Below are positions 35,936 through 47,050 of a stretch of 64,000 bases of DNA, piece after piece (position 1 is the stretch's first letter; each line of letters opens with the position of its first letter). The stretch is from NCBI GenBank assembly GCA_029953675.1, contig JAMWBK010000005.1, positions 1,302,001 to 1,366,000 on the forward strand, given 5' to 3'. The notes under the pieces are model-generated. The model saw nothing but the letters and a program-made list of their open reading frames with translations. It did no database searches and was not told where the DNA came from. Source of the stretch: Rhodosorus marinus CCMP1338. Lineage: Eukaryota; Plantae; Rhodophyta. Made by a program: the position numbers and the translations under genes.

Positions 35936-36838
35936 AGCGACTCCTACCACCATGAAGACTTTGTCAGAGTTCCTGATACGGTAGCCATCCCAGCGCATGG
36001 CCTTGAAACGTGTTGACGGAGACACTGAACTACCAGGCCCGAGAAAGGAAACTAGCATGTTGAATTGAGACACAGACGTGTAGACTATAAAGTGACTTGG
36101 AAGCTTTGGGGGGAAACCAAGTTGAAGCTTATATGAGCCAAGCTCATTGACATACTAGTGAGGGAGACTCTAAGATAATTAACAACAGACACAACAAGTA
36201 AAGGCACAAAAGCCTAATTTCGTCAACACCTTTTAGGTGCGAGCTCATAGTCAATTACAAATAGGTGGTAATATCCCTTCGTATCGGAAGACCGAGAAGA
36301 TTTGCACATCACGAAAAAAGCATGCATTCAGTATTGCCAGTTGCTAGAAATGCACGGATCGCTAAGCAAGTGGATCAGTGATCTTAGTTACGCCCTGCCC
36401 ACATTCCCACTCCCTCAAGTCATTTGATGTTGGATAGCGAAGATGCATCGCGAGATCCGAAGGCCAATCCAAAAAGTAGCGAACATTCCGATTCTTGACG
36501 TGCAGTTATCAGGTCATGAATAAAGGTCTAAGCAAGTAGACGTGGACGCTGCAGCTTGCATATCGTTTCCTCTTCAATCCTTCTGATGAAAAAGATCCGG
36601 GCCCAGCCGGAGTTGGCCTCTTAACCGTAGCCAGCGCTCAGGTGACGGTCTATTACGGATTCACAAGTCAGAGCAGCAGGCCCTATGGAGTATTGAAAGG
36701 AATCAGACGGACTTTAATTTCATGCTTTTCTTGAGTCACAACCAGAAACGGATTCTACGTTCAAACAGCACTCAGAGCCTCCGGATCATGTACCAGTCGT
36801 GACAGCCAGCGCACAACTTCCTACAACTACCAAAACGA

Positions 36839-37972
36839 CTAGTTGTCCAGCCTCTGGAACGTCACAGCAGCGAAGCAGTGCTCACGAGAGAAGATGTCCA
36901 CCCCACCGAGTCGGCACCCCCATTTCTCTACCAGAAGAGCTTCGCAAATTCCAACGAAAATTCCTTCCATCCCGAATACACCCTGGATCGCTCGCATTTG
37001 GTTCCCAAAGTTGGGGCTTGTCGGGTCAAACGCTTCCTGAAGCTCCGGGATTGGCTGACCCAGTCCTAGCGCGAGCGACTGCGCCGCGATGTCAACCATG
37101 TCCCTGATGTACTCCTCCGATATTTCAATGTCCGCCCGATTTCCAGGCTGTCCCAGGTGGCCTCCAATGTATATTTCCCAGTCCAGTGCCAGCAGCCGCT
37201 CGTGTTGGTCAATGTACTCGTTGATGTCGTTGACCAAGCCAATGCCGAACGGTGTGATCCAGCCGGGGAATGCAATGTCCACGAGCATCGCAATGCCCGG
37301 CATGCCAGCCTTGGGTGGGATGTGAACGAGCAGGTCCGAGTCGGAGTGTCCACCGTCGGTTGGGATGAGATTGACCTTCAGATTCTTGGTGAGTCTCAAA
37401 CTTCTTGACCGGATGATCACAACTTCTGGAAGGGGTGCCCTCTTAGACTGTGCGCTGGCCAGCCGCTTGAGAATACTCTCATGGGCCATTGCCTTCAGGT
37501 CGGCCTTCGGGTAGGTTTTCTTGAGGTAATCGTAGACGATCCTTGCGCCGCCGATATGATCAAAGTGCTGATGGGTATAGATGAACCGCACAATCTTTGG
37601 ATTGAGATCTCCGGCGATGTCTTCAATTGCATTTGTCATGAGGTTTCCGATAACAGCTCCGGTGTTTGGATCTCGCACAACGAAGAAGTTCTCCGGCGCG
37701 TCGATCACAACGAGCTGCCTGGGGGTCTTTATCACCATCGCAATGAAGAAGCCGTCGGTCACCATGTAGACCATGTTGCGAAGTTTTTGGATCTTGTATC
37801 CGACGTCGGGGATCTGTGGAATGGTTTCCAGCAGTCGGTCGGGAACAGGTAGAGGGTCGCAGCGCTCACCATTCTCAAGCTTCCGCACACACTCCGGAAC
37901 GGCGTCCTCGCACTTCCCTGCAAACGCCACGGCAGTGCTCGCTAGTATGACTACCACAAAAGCAATCTTCAT
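36839..37972 (-). CDS. Secreted metallo-beta-lactamase-fold hydrolase, copy 2 (identical protein)
   Basis: 377-aa translation identical to copy 1. Confidence 0.93.
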   Translation of the reverse strand: MKIAFVVVILASTAVAFAGKCEDAVPECVRKLENGERCDPLPVPDRLLETIPQIPDVGYKIQKLRNMVYMVTDGFFIAMVIKTPRQLVVIDAPENFFVVRDPNTGAVIGNLMTNAIEDIAGDLNPKIVRFIYTHQHFDHIGGARIVYDYLKKTYPKADLKAMAHESILKRLASAQSKRAPLPEVVIIRSRSLRLTKNLKVNLIPTDGGHSDSDLLVHIPPKAGMPGIAMLVDIAFPGWITPFGIGLVNDINEYIDQHERLLALDWEIYIGGHLGQPGNRADIEISEEYIRDMVDIAAQSLALGLGQPIPELQEAFDPTSPNFGNQMRAIQGVFGMEGIFVGICEALLVEKWGCRLGGVDIFSREHCFAAVTFQRLDN

Positions 37973-40900
37973 CTCTTGAATTCCTCCTCTTATCCGCCTG
38001 GTTGCCTTTGTTTCCTTTTTTCGCTCCGCACGGTCGAGTTCTTTTAGCCTTCACTGTTTGTCTATGTTCTTATCTGTGGCTTATCGATGTTGTATGGGTT
38101 GTGGTCAAGTTCCCTTCCTTATATAGTCGAAGTGAAAAGCAAATGCGGACTGGGCGACTTGTCTGAAGGCGGTGCGCACATCCACCCGCAAAGGCTGTGC
38201 GGTTCTGAAAGTATGAGCGCGGGCGCATCGGATCACGGCACACACAAAGTCCAAGATTCACGTTGGTTGATGAGCACCTCCGAACGATTGCGGTGCATCC
38301 CCCATTAAATTCACCGTATTTGAAGGGCTCCAGGAATAACAAAAAAATGCTCATACGACCGTGGTGCTGAACATCGAGAGGCATCAGTCGGGCTTGCGTG
38401 TCTGAGCACTACCAACAAAATTTCGTATCTCCGAACCGAAACGGGTAAAAGCCCCCACCCTGCATCACGCAAGGGATTTTCGTGCGCCAATAATACTCTA
38501 AGGGCCGTGTCACCCCACGAGGAGTATTGTAACCACTTCTTCGCACTCCCATTACCACCGTCCTTCCTATCCTCTTAGAGCTCATTCACCAAAATCTACA
38601 AACACGAACAGGCAATATCAAGTTCAATCAATAAATCAGTCAAAATCAAGTGGATGGCTGTGCTGAGATAAGTCGAAAAAAGAAAAACAAAAACATTTCC
38701 CCCTAGCGCGAGATTTCTCCTCCCATTTGATTGAATAACGGGAAGGCTAAAACGATTATAAAATGACCGATTGTTCTTGTAGTGTTTTGGTTTATAATTA
38801 GATGGATCCTCAAAAGGTTACCAAAAAATCAAACATGTTGAGGTAATGGTCAATACTGTTATGTTCTTTGGAGCCATTCTACAGGCCCGGCTGAAGTGCG
38901 TCTGAGGTTTTCAAAGCGGGTTTCTACGCGACTTGGAAAGGAAGGGGTTATGGTTTCTGGATGGGATATCTGGAGGTACTATTGATGTGACAGCATCATA
39001 CCCACTGGAAGGAATCCGCAGGCGTGCTGAGACTCGCATGGAACCTCCTGCGGGGTGAGCGACTCAATGAGGAGAGGCTAGACGTTTAGGGCTAGCGCTT
39101 TCGCGATGAAGCACGCTAAACCGGAGTCCTAGGGCGGAACATTAAGAACGATGAATGACTCCGAGCTAGACATTTTTCATCCTATCAAAACTATCCGCTG
39201 ACAAGTTGTAGAATCTTCTTACCCCTAATATCTTGCCGTTGCGCCCGCGAAGTTCAGACAGAGGTGCGTGCCTACAATTCCCACGGCTTAGGAGCACTAA
39301 TTGGCTCCTCCGTCGTAATCCGGTAGTTGTGGCGTGTTCACTTGAGTAGTTGGTACAAAGACGGCGAGCAGTAGAGGATGAATAAAGTTCAAACTGCTTC
39401 GCCGTGCCGCGAACAACAATACCCGTTCGGCGGGGGCTTTATCATGGGTATCAATTAAAACGAACGTACCCTCCGTTCGTGTCAAGCTGTTCGTCCTCGA
39501 ACCAAGCCATTCGTCGAGACGAACATGAAAATACTTAATGTTTTATGTGCCAAACCCGCTCTGCGTGACTCAACGAGGCAACAGAACTGCGGAATCGTTG
39601 CAAAATCATCATCCAACAAAACTTTACCTTCCAACTAGCACTGCGGAATGACCAAGAACACATAAGACCCTCCAGTTTTACTAGCTCTCGTAAGGCTTAT
39701 CGAAACCTAGGGAAAGCTCCAGACAACTCCTTCACCATTCAACAAAATCATAAAACAATATTTGTGAACCTTTTTATCTCAAAATATATATACACAAAAG
39801 AAAATTTACACATCACCACATAAATCATCATAATTTCAATACCCGTGTTCGCCCGTGAAGCCTAGAAATCAAGTATTTCTTAATAAAAACAAACAAAAGT
39901 TTTGTCCTTCCTAATATTATCCAAAACACCATATCTCCGATTTTGATTTGGGAAGATATAATCCAATCACAGATCGCTAAAAGAGGAAGGAAGGATTTTC
40001 ATCAAAATTGTATCAATAATTTTATGTCCTAGTAAGCAAATAAGATTTGAACATTATGAATAAATTGGGAGTTTTTTTAAGGAGGATAGAAAATATAAGA
40101 TCTTTCTACGCGAGGGAGGAGCGAAAACCAATTCTCGAAATTCTATCGCCATGTGTAATTTAGGAATTCTTGTCTAGGTTTGGACGGGCTTGAGCTGAGT
40201 TGTCTTAAACCTACGAAAGGCTTTTTCACCTTTTGTTGGGTCCAAGGTATTCCGTAATGGTCTTCATCCATTGACGAGAAGATCATCTCTGACGTCCCCT
40301 GCAGACGTGATCATCGAAATTGCTCTTAGCACCGCGTTCTGAATAAGGGGAAATTGATCCCCCAACACCCGGGAACCAGTAATGAATGACGATGCCGCTA
40401 GCGTTGTTTTCTTGTCCTGAAACCTTGCAAGTTGTTTCAGCTCGGACCAAGGATTTCTTATACCGGATCCTTGGCTTTCGCCTTACCTGCAACTCCCCCT
40501 TGAGGCGAAAGAAGGGATCGTTTCCATGACAACCAACACAGCAGCTGAAATGTCCTGTTTGGTTCCGGACGGATAGCGTCTACCAACTGCCAAACTTCGC
40601 CGGAATCGACAAAGTTAGCTCAAATGATTAAGGTCCCCGGATATCTTAGACTGTACCAAATCAAAAAATTGTGGCCTAAAGCTTTGCTTATATAGTCCTT
40701 CCAAATACCAAATATAGACCATCTATCCTTTTGTCAACTTCCTCATTTTACTGATCAGTTCCCACCATCCATCTATCGGGACCAGTACTGTTGAAAGCTT
40801 TCTCAACTCCGCGACTGACACCCGAACAAATTCTTCCGTTTTTTTTTCTGGATTGCTGAATGGCGAGAAATTGCAGATTGAGAGGATGGATTGCGAATGG

Positions 40901-41253
40901 ATGGGTGGGCAATGGCGAGCTAGTCTGGTTGTTACGGCATTTTGGGGTGGGACGTAGGGTTTGTGGTTGTGAGGCTCGATGGAAAAGGAGGATTTCTCTT
41001 GTTGATTCTAGAACTGGTTTTGTCTATGTTGCACATCACGTACGTCGTTAGATCTGCGCGTGGTGGAAGTGTTTTTGGGAGGGAGGAGAGGAGCTGGGGT
41101 AAAATCCCAGCGGTGGCCTTCTTGGTATAAAGGTGAGCCAACGGCGTAGTGGACTGTGGATGGGTCAGGAGTTTTTCAAGGTACTAGACTAGAGAGGTAG
41201 GGAGGAAAACGCCGTGCGTAAAATTTTTTTGGTCAAATTAGTTTGAGCGAGAG

Positions 41254-41751
41254 ATGGTTCATTTGGAAGTTCATCAGCTGGTTGACCTATCAGCGGAGAA
41301 GGCATGGGAGAGCGTGTCTGACTTTTCCAACGTTCAGCATATACATCCGCTTGTGAGGGATGTGGACCAGTTGACTGAAAACGGTAACGGGCTCGGAGCG
41401 GCTAGGAGGTGCCACTTCTATGACGACGGCACTCTGGAGGAGGAGATCATCGAGTGGGATGAACCGGCGAAACATTATAAAATCAAGGTTTTGAATGGCA
41501 CCCTGCCATTGAACAGCATGGTTATCACTGTCCGTGTGGAGGACGTGAACCCGAAACAGTCCCGCTTATTTGCAACGGTAGAGTTTGATCCGAAATACGC
41601 GTTCGTTGGCCAGTTGCTTGGGCGCTACATCCTGAAGCCCAAGTTGGGTGAGGTGCTCGGAAACATGCTTGCAGGAGTACAATACTACGAAAACAAAGGA
41701 TTCGATGTTCCAGAGGGGTGGAAAGCACCTCACAAGGCAGTGGTTGTATAG
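41254..41751 (+). CDS. SRPBCC/START-fold protein, paralog 3
   Basis: 165 aa; EKAWESVSDFSNVQHIHP, GLGAARRCHFY, EWDE, GTLP, DPKY; TATAAA at 41126. Confidence 0.9.
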   Translation: MVHLEVHQLVDLSAEKAWESVSDFSNVQHIHPLVRDVDQLTENGNGLGAARRCHFYDDGTLEEEIIEWDEPAKHYKIKVLNGTLPLNSMVITVRVEDVNPKQSRLFATVEFDPKYAFVGQLLGRYILKPKLGEVLGNMLAGVQYYENKGFDVPEGWKAPHKAVVV

Positions 41752-43110
41752 ATTTGGGCCAAAAGCACCTAAGTTACGACATGGCTGTATCTTACATTCG
41801 GATGTTTTCCATTAACCGAACTTCTGTTGATATGGGTTGTGAAAAGTCAATGACTTCGTGTATCTAATGTGTGTGGATATCGATAAAACTACAATTGTGA
41901 ATAGAGGCAATGCGGAGCTGGAAGGCGGTTGGTGCCACGAACGATTAATGAGAGCCCAGCCCCCCCCCCCCACTCCCCCCCGCCGCCGTGCAAAAGTCTC
42001 AGAGGTTTCCAATTTATCCACTCTTGTCATAGCGCTGAGAAAGACCTCATACGAGTCGGACCCTGTTGCTCAGCCCTTGTTGCGGCTGTTCAGGTTTCAA
42101 ACACACCGTCCCTGTGTCCAGAAAACAGGCAACGCCAACAGAAAGTCAGCCTCCAGTCCCGCCAAGTTCTTAGAAATTGGAGACAAACGACTGGGAAGCA
42201 TGGAAAACGAATCGTGCAGGGTACGAGGAGAGCAAAAGGCATATTGCCGGATCACGGAGCTCAGCCGTTCAACTCTAGCACCGATTAGTAGTCCATGCTT
42301 TCAAGGTGGGGCTCCATGCCCTTAGCTAAAGAGAGACGCTGGCGGGGCAAACAACTTGCAACCCAAAATGCAATCAATTTCCTCCGTGAAACCCAAAAAC
42401 TATTTCAATTTGAGCAAAGCGAAAAGGACCGGGAAGAAATTTTGTCCAATCGTTACCCGTGAATCTCCACCACGAGCAAAGTAGTCTTTTAAGGCAATCT
42501 ATAAGTTTCTGGGACAGAATATAAATATGAAAATAATTTCGCTGGGTGGAACACGGTAGATGATTCTTAAAGGGGAGGGACAGAAAAGTTCTGATCAAGA
42601 TATATTCCTATATATGTAATTTTTAGGAGCTTTTTGACACTAGATATGTATTTTTTACCTGGGGGAGGAATGAAACAACGGTATATCTTGTTTTAGAATA
42701 ATTTTAGATATGTTACGATATCTTTTAATTTTCATTTATTCCGAAATTATGTATTTTAGTATATTATTAGAGGATTGTTGAGTTGGAGTTGTTGAAGTTC
42801 GTCTTAGTGCAACTTCAGCACCGAAAAAGAGACTCATTCATTCAGTTCAGATTCTCTGGAGGTGCGAAAGACGGATGGGTATGATGGGCCTCAGTAGGCA
42901 GGTGGAGCCCGAAGCTAGAATGTTTTCCAGAGCCCGCAGTCAAAGGTACTGCGCTTCAGACATAAGCTCGTCTTGAGTAGATAAAAGGGGCGAGATTCTT
43001 GTACGCCGTTTGTTTGTGAGGAGCTGAGCTCTCGGGAAGAAGGGAAACGAGCAGTACGTCGGAAGCAAACTGAAAGAGATCTTCTGGTTGAACTCGTCAT
43101 AGTAGATGGT

Positions 43111-43641
43111 ATGGCTCAGATGAGAGTTGAGCAGGAACTGAATCTTCCTGTTGAAACGACATGGAAAATTCTGGCGGACTTCAGCAATGACCGCCATATC
43201 CATCCACATGTGAGAAGTGTGGAACGGATTGGTGAGCTTGAGAGGGGAGTGGGTGCTGCTCGGAAGTGTCATCTCCGTGATGGCGGTTGTATTACAGAGA
43301 AAGTAACGGCGTGGGACGAAGCTGCGAGAGAATATACGCTGGAAGTATTCAAGAGCCCCGAACCAAAGAAGCGGTTTTTTGCGACCCTCAGGGTCGAGGA
43401 GTGTGAAGCAAACAGGTCTAAGGCCGCAGTCGTGGTAGACTACGACCCGAAGTACGGATGCTGCGGTGAACTCCTCGGACGGTTCATCCTGCTGCCAAAA
43501 CTTGGTCATCTGGGCAGGGAATACCTTGACGTAACGCAGAGCTCCAGCAAGAAGAGGGAAGATGTCCCACCAAGTTTTCAAGTACCAAAAACGTCCAAAG
43601 TTCCCGAGACCATCCAGCAAAGTGTGAACACTTCGTCCTAG
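43111..43641 (+). CDS. SRPBCC/START-fold protein, paralog 4 (most diverged)
   Basis: 176 aa; TWKILADFSNDRHIHP, GVGAARKCHL, AWDE, DPKYG. Confidence 0.87.
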   Translation: MAQMRVEQELNLPVETTWKILADFSNDRHIHPHVRSVERIGELERGVGAARKCHLRDGGCITEKVTAWDEAAREYTLEVFKSPEPKKRFFATLRVEECEANRSKAAVVVDYDPKYGCCGELLGRFILLPKLGHLGREYLDVTQSSSKKREDVPPSFQVPKTSKVPETIQQSVNTSS

Positions 43642-44119
43642 GACAGCCGGCACCCTGAAGCGAACGGGGGTGACCAGTTGTGAGATGCTGCTTAAAAAAA
43701 CGTAGAAGCATGTATATTACAAAAATTACAATAATTCCCTTTCTTCACATCGTGAATTGGAAAATGTTTACAAATGATTTCGCATGCTCGGAGGGCGCTA
43801 TTTGATCGTACCTGCTAATGGGGGTGTGTGTCGAATTCTATTCCGGAAAAAGTTGATAAAATAATTTTTTATTCGAGTTTGGATGCTGTTTCTCATTGAG
43901 GAGACTAGGGGTGGTGTAAGGTTCATAGTTCCGACTGCTCAATCGTTTACAATGGAAGTGATTGAACTGTTGGATGTGGAGAATTTGATGCCCAACTCCA
44001 CGCAGCTGTGGGCGTTGGGTGCCCTTTGTCTTGAACAGGTGCTCTTTAACCCAATTTCTCTCTTTTTCCGATAGTGAGGGACGGAGTATATTCTCTTCCC
44101 TTCACTTGCTTAGTGCTGA

Positions 44120-44460
44120 TCGAAGCTGTGACGTGGAGGACCACTGAGCGGATCTGCTCGAGCGTCTTCCCCTTGCTTTTGAATCGAGAAATTTGCCCAG
44201 CTGCTGTTGGTCTCGACCAAGGACTCCAACGCGCTGGCGTTCAATACTCTCGTGGTGCGGAGCAGAAAAACAAATCTACTCAATTTCTCTCTTTCTCCGA
44301 GAATGCGGGGTCGAATATCCTCGTCTGCGCGCTTGTCTAGCGTCGATCGAAGCTGTTCTGTCGTAGGACCAACAACCGGCCCGGCGCGAGCGTCTTCGCT
44401 TGGCTTTTGAGGAGAGGAATTTTCCTATGTCCGTGGTGCTGTTGGTCTCCACCAAGGACG
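44120..44460. repeat. Diverged direct repeat of about 110 bp (44120-44235 and 44345-44460)
   Basis: Shared blocks gatcgaagctgt, ggacca, cgagcgtcttc, gcttttga and tgctgttggtctc.accaaggac. Confidence 0.75.
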
Positions 44461-44648
44461 AAAACGAGCTGTCTCAGCATGAAAATGGAATCTAGAACGT
44501 GTCAGTTTCCTTGTTCAGATGCGGTGACCGATAGTTCCTGCAGAAGAGTATATATAGTTGTCAACCACGGCACAGTCCGCCGTCGGTTCTTCTGAAGCTT
44601 GGAAGAGTAAGAGACGAAGCTGTCAGTATCGAAAACGAGTTATTAAGT

Positions 44649-45143
44649 ATGCATGTGAAGGTTATTCAAGAGCTAGATATCCCAGCAGCCAAAGCGTGGA
44701 AGCTGATGGCGGATTTCAACAATATTCAGCACGTTCATCCAATGGTGGTTAGTGTTGACCAGCTTGGCTCGAACGAACGCGGAGTGGGTGCAATGAGGAG
44801 GTGCAACTTTTACGATGGTGGTTCGATTCAGGAGAGAGTTATACTCTGGGACGACCAGAACATGAAATATCAAATTCAGTTCATGAGCGGAACGCTTCCA
44901 CTGAACTCAAACACTACTAGTATTATGGTTGAGGAAATCGACTCAGTAAAGTGCCGCATGATCTGTGACGTCGAATATGATCCCAAGTACGGGTTCATAG
45001 GGAAGATCATGGCCAGCTTGTTCCTGAGGCGGAAGTTCGGCAGCGTTCTTGGCGATATGTTGGCTGGTGTACAGTATTACGCTGAAAACCACGAGGACGT
45101 TCCAGAAGGATGGAATTCTCCAACAAGAGCGACGGTTGTCTAG
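44649..45143 (+). CDS. SRPBCC/START-fold protein, paralog 5
   Basis: 164 aa; KAWKLMADFNNIQHVHP, GVGAMRRCNFY, LWDD, GTLP, DPKYG; TATATATA at 44549. Confidence 0.9.
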   Translation: MHVKVIQELDIPAAKAWKLMADFNNIQHVHPMVVSVDQLGSNERGVGAMRRCNFYDGGSIQERVILWDDQNMKYQIQFMSGTLPLNSNTTSIMVEEIDSVKCRMICDVEYDPKYGFIGKIMASLFLRRKFGSVLGDMLAGVQYYAENHEDVPEGWNSPTRATVV

Positions 45144-45641
45144 TGTTCAGCGATCGCAAATTTGTTTCCACGATAGTAAAGAACAATTAACGAAGTTGGC
45201 GACCGCGACTTTGTTCACTTAAGAACGCTGTAACTGCTCGTCCAAAATTCTGTTCACAAACCTTTATCGTGGAGTATACAAGTATCACTATAGCTCCGCC
45301 GGCAAATCGTTTCGCGAGAAATGTCTCGAGTCAACTCGAGATGATCGCTGCTGGTTGCGGGATTGTCATACAATCCCAGTTGCGAGCGCGAATCGCTCAT
45401 GCAAGACCAAATTTACGAGGGGCGGGATAAAACGCAAATCGCGGATTTGCTTACGAACCTGTACCCTTGCTCACGGTCAGGCTCAAACGAAATTCCGTTC
45501 CCCAGCGACGCGATCCTCTGCCAAGCAATACGTTACTCAACATATTCCCCATTGATCTGCTTTGGCTCTCAAACCCGTATCCGACAAAAAAAAAAGGAGC
45601 TTCGCTAAACAAGTCGGTCGCTGCCTACCTACAAAACTCTG

Positions 45642-47050
45642 TTACTGCGCCGCAAAAGCCTTTCTCCATGCTTGAAATAATACATCCTGCTTCTCAGGTC
45701 GCCTTACGCCCAGCCTCAGGTATGTTGGCGTTCCAAAGGAAGCACACAATCGTACCGGACACCCAGCGGCCTGAGCAACATCCGAAGCCTTCTCCGCCTC
45801 CTGAAGAATCACGTAGATCAGGCTGCTTGTTAGTGTTTCAATTGGTTTGGTTTGAGTATGGCAAGGGCAGCTTACGGCCTCATCGAAACAATCAACAAAA
45901 ATGTAAGGTACCCAATCGACGCATCCAGGGTGAATTTTCCATCCCAAGCTCTTCACAAGTTCGGTCTGACGACTTTTCCACTCGTGCACGTCGTTCCACG
46001 TACGCTCCATGTATTCCGTGTCGCTCGCTGCCGCCGTGCAAAACGCCTGCGCCAGTACGGAGCACGACCACGGTGTTTGAAGCTTCTTCAATCTATTATA
46101 CCATGCAGCTCCAATGGCAATGCTTCCAAGGCGTAGGCCGGGGCATGCCCAGAGCTTGGTCCAGGAGCAGATCACGGCAAGCTACACAGAAGAAAAAAAC
46201 ACAAACTCATTTGAGTCAAGAATAAGGTTGATCAGCGCTCCGAATACGAAAAAGTCTGAGCTAATTCATCACCTGCTCCGGGTACTTCTCGATCAGTCTG
46301 AGGCCCGATACTTCATGCCAGTTTGGCCCATAGTTTGCGATGAAGCTCTCGTCGAGTACAATCATCCCCTTGGTCCTCTCTATTTCCTTTTCAATATCCT
46401 CTAGGCTCATGCAATCTCCAGTAGGGGAGTTGGGGTGAATGATTACAGTGATCTAGGACAATCACAAAGCCGATGTTAGCAGTGGAATCGTGTGGAGATA
46501 GCCGTATGGCAAAAAAGGCTCTGGCGAGAAGGTCCTACCCCGGCGTCCTCCGGTGAATCGAACGGCAAAATCTCTCTATCCGCGGCCGTAGCTGCACGAT
46601 TGTATTCCATGTAGGCCGCAACATACGGACCTGGTTTGAAGGGTCCCGGAGGCCCGGCTCTCATAATTAGATCAATGAACCTATGCAAAAGCAAAGAGCA
46701 GAACGATTGCCCTTGCAATTAGAGAATGAAACCCATCCAAAGTCTCTCAAGCCATGCTTGCAAAGGTCAGCCTACTCCGATGCCCCGTTTCCAATCAGCA
46801 ACTGATCCTTCGGGAACTTGATGAACTTGGACAGGGCAGTGAGGGCCTCCCCGCAGTCGGCGGCCGGATAGTGCAGAATTTCAGGCAGGACCTCCTTCAC
46901 CAAATCCATCGCCGAATCAGGCGGTCCTAACGGGTTAGTTGTCACCGAGAAATCCTCAACAAACTCCTCGCACAACCTCCACGTCTGACCTCCATGTACT
47001 TCCTGCGTCTCCGTGTCCCACAGATTTACTGCCCCATTCCTTTCCCCCAT
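45642..47050 (-). CDS. PLP-dependent class I/II aminotransferase-fold enzyme, CobD (threonine-phosphate decarboxylase)/HisC-like, multi-exon
   Basis: HGG, DFSVTTNPLGPP, HYP, GNGASE|FIDL, IHPNSPTG, IVLDESF, SWTKLWACPGLRLG (PLP lysine), PWS and YLRLGVR. Confidence 0.88.

Larger units (their letters stand above)
32300..38670. repeat. Palindrome: arms about 32300-34310 and 36612-38670 around a 2.3-kb spacer
   Basis: CDS and about 200 bp of 3' flank appear identical (all overlapping-frame ORF translations match). Upstream flanks are recognisably homologous with increasing SNPs and indels outward. Confidence 0.95.

Noticed and set aside
35913-36060. Minus-strand peptide GYRIRNSDKVFMVVG resembling MBL GYKIQKLRNMVYMVTDG, as the rest of the third paralog
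   Set aside because: The similarity is too short, the frame runs into the copia LTR start, and the flanking residues do not align.
40250-40700. Possible small spliced minus-strand gene (TATA at about 40690, METIPSFASRGSC|GTAAGG)
   Set aside because: The roughly 66-aa product has no recognisable features and could arise by chance; it needs RNA evidence.
42940-43653. 237-aa minus-strand ORF (likewise 45467..46225 + and many others in the track)
   Set aside because: Antisense shadows of better-supported genes, with no motifs of their own.
28098-45143. SRPBCC paralogs as PYR/PYL abscisic-acid receptors, tempting given the ABA4-like gene in the window
   Set aside because: The gate (SGLPA) and latch (HRL) loops are absent; the equivalent positions read Y[DN]G and G[TS]LP. 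Only the fold is shared.
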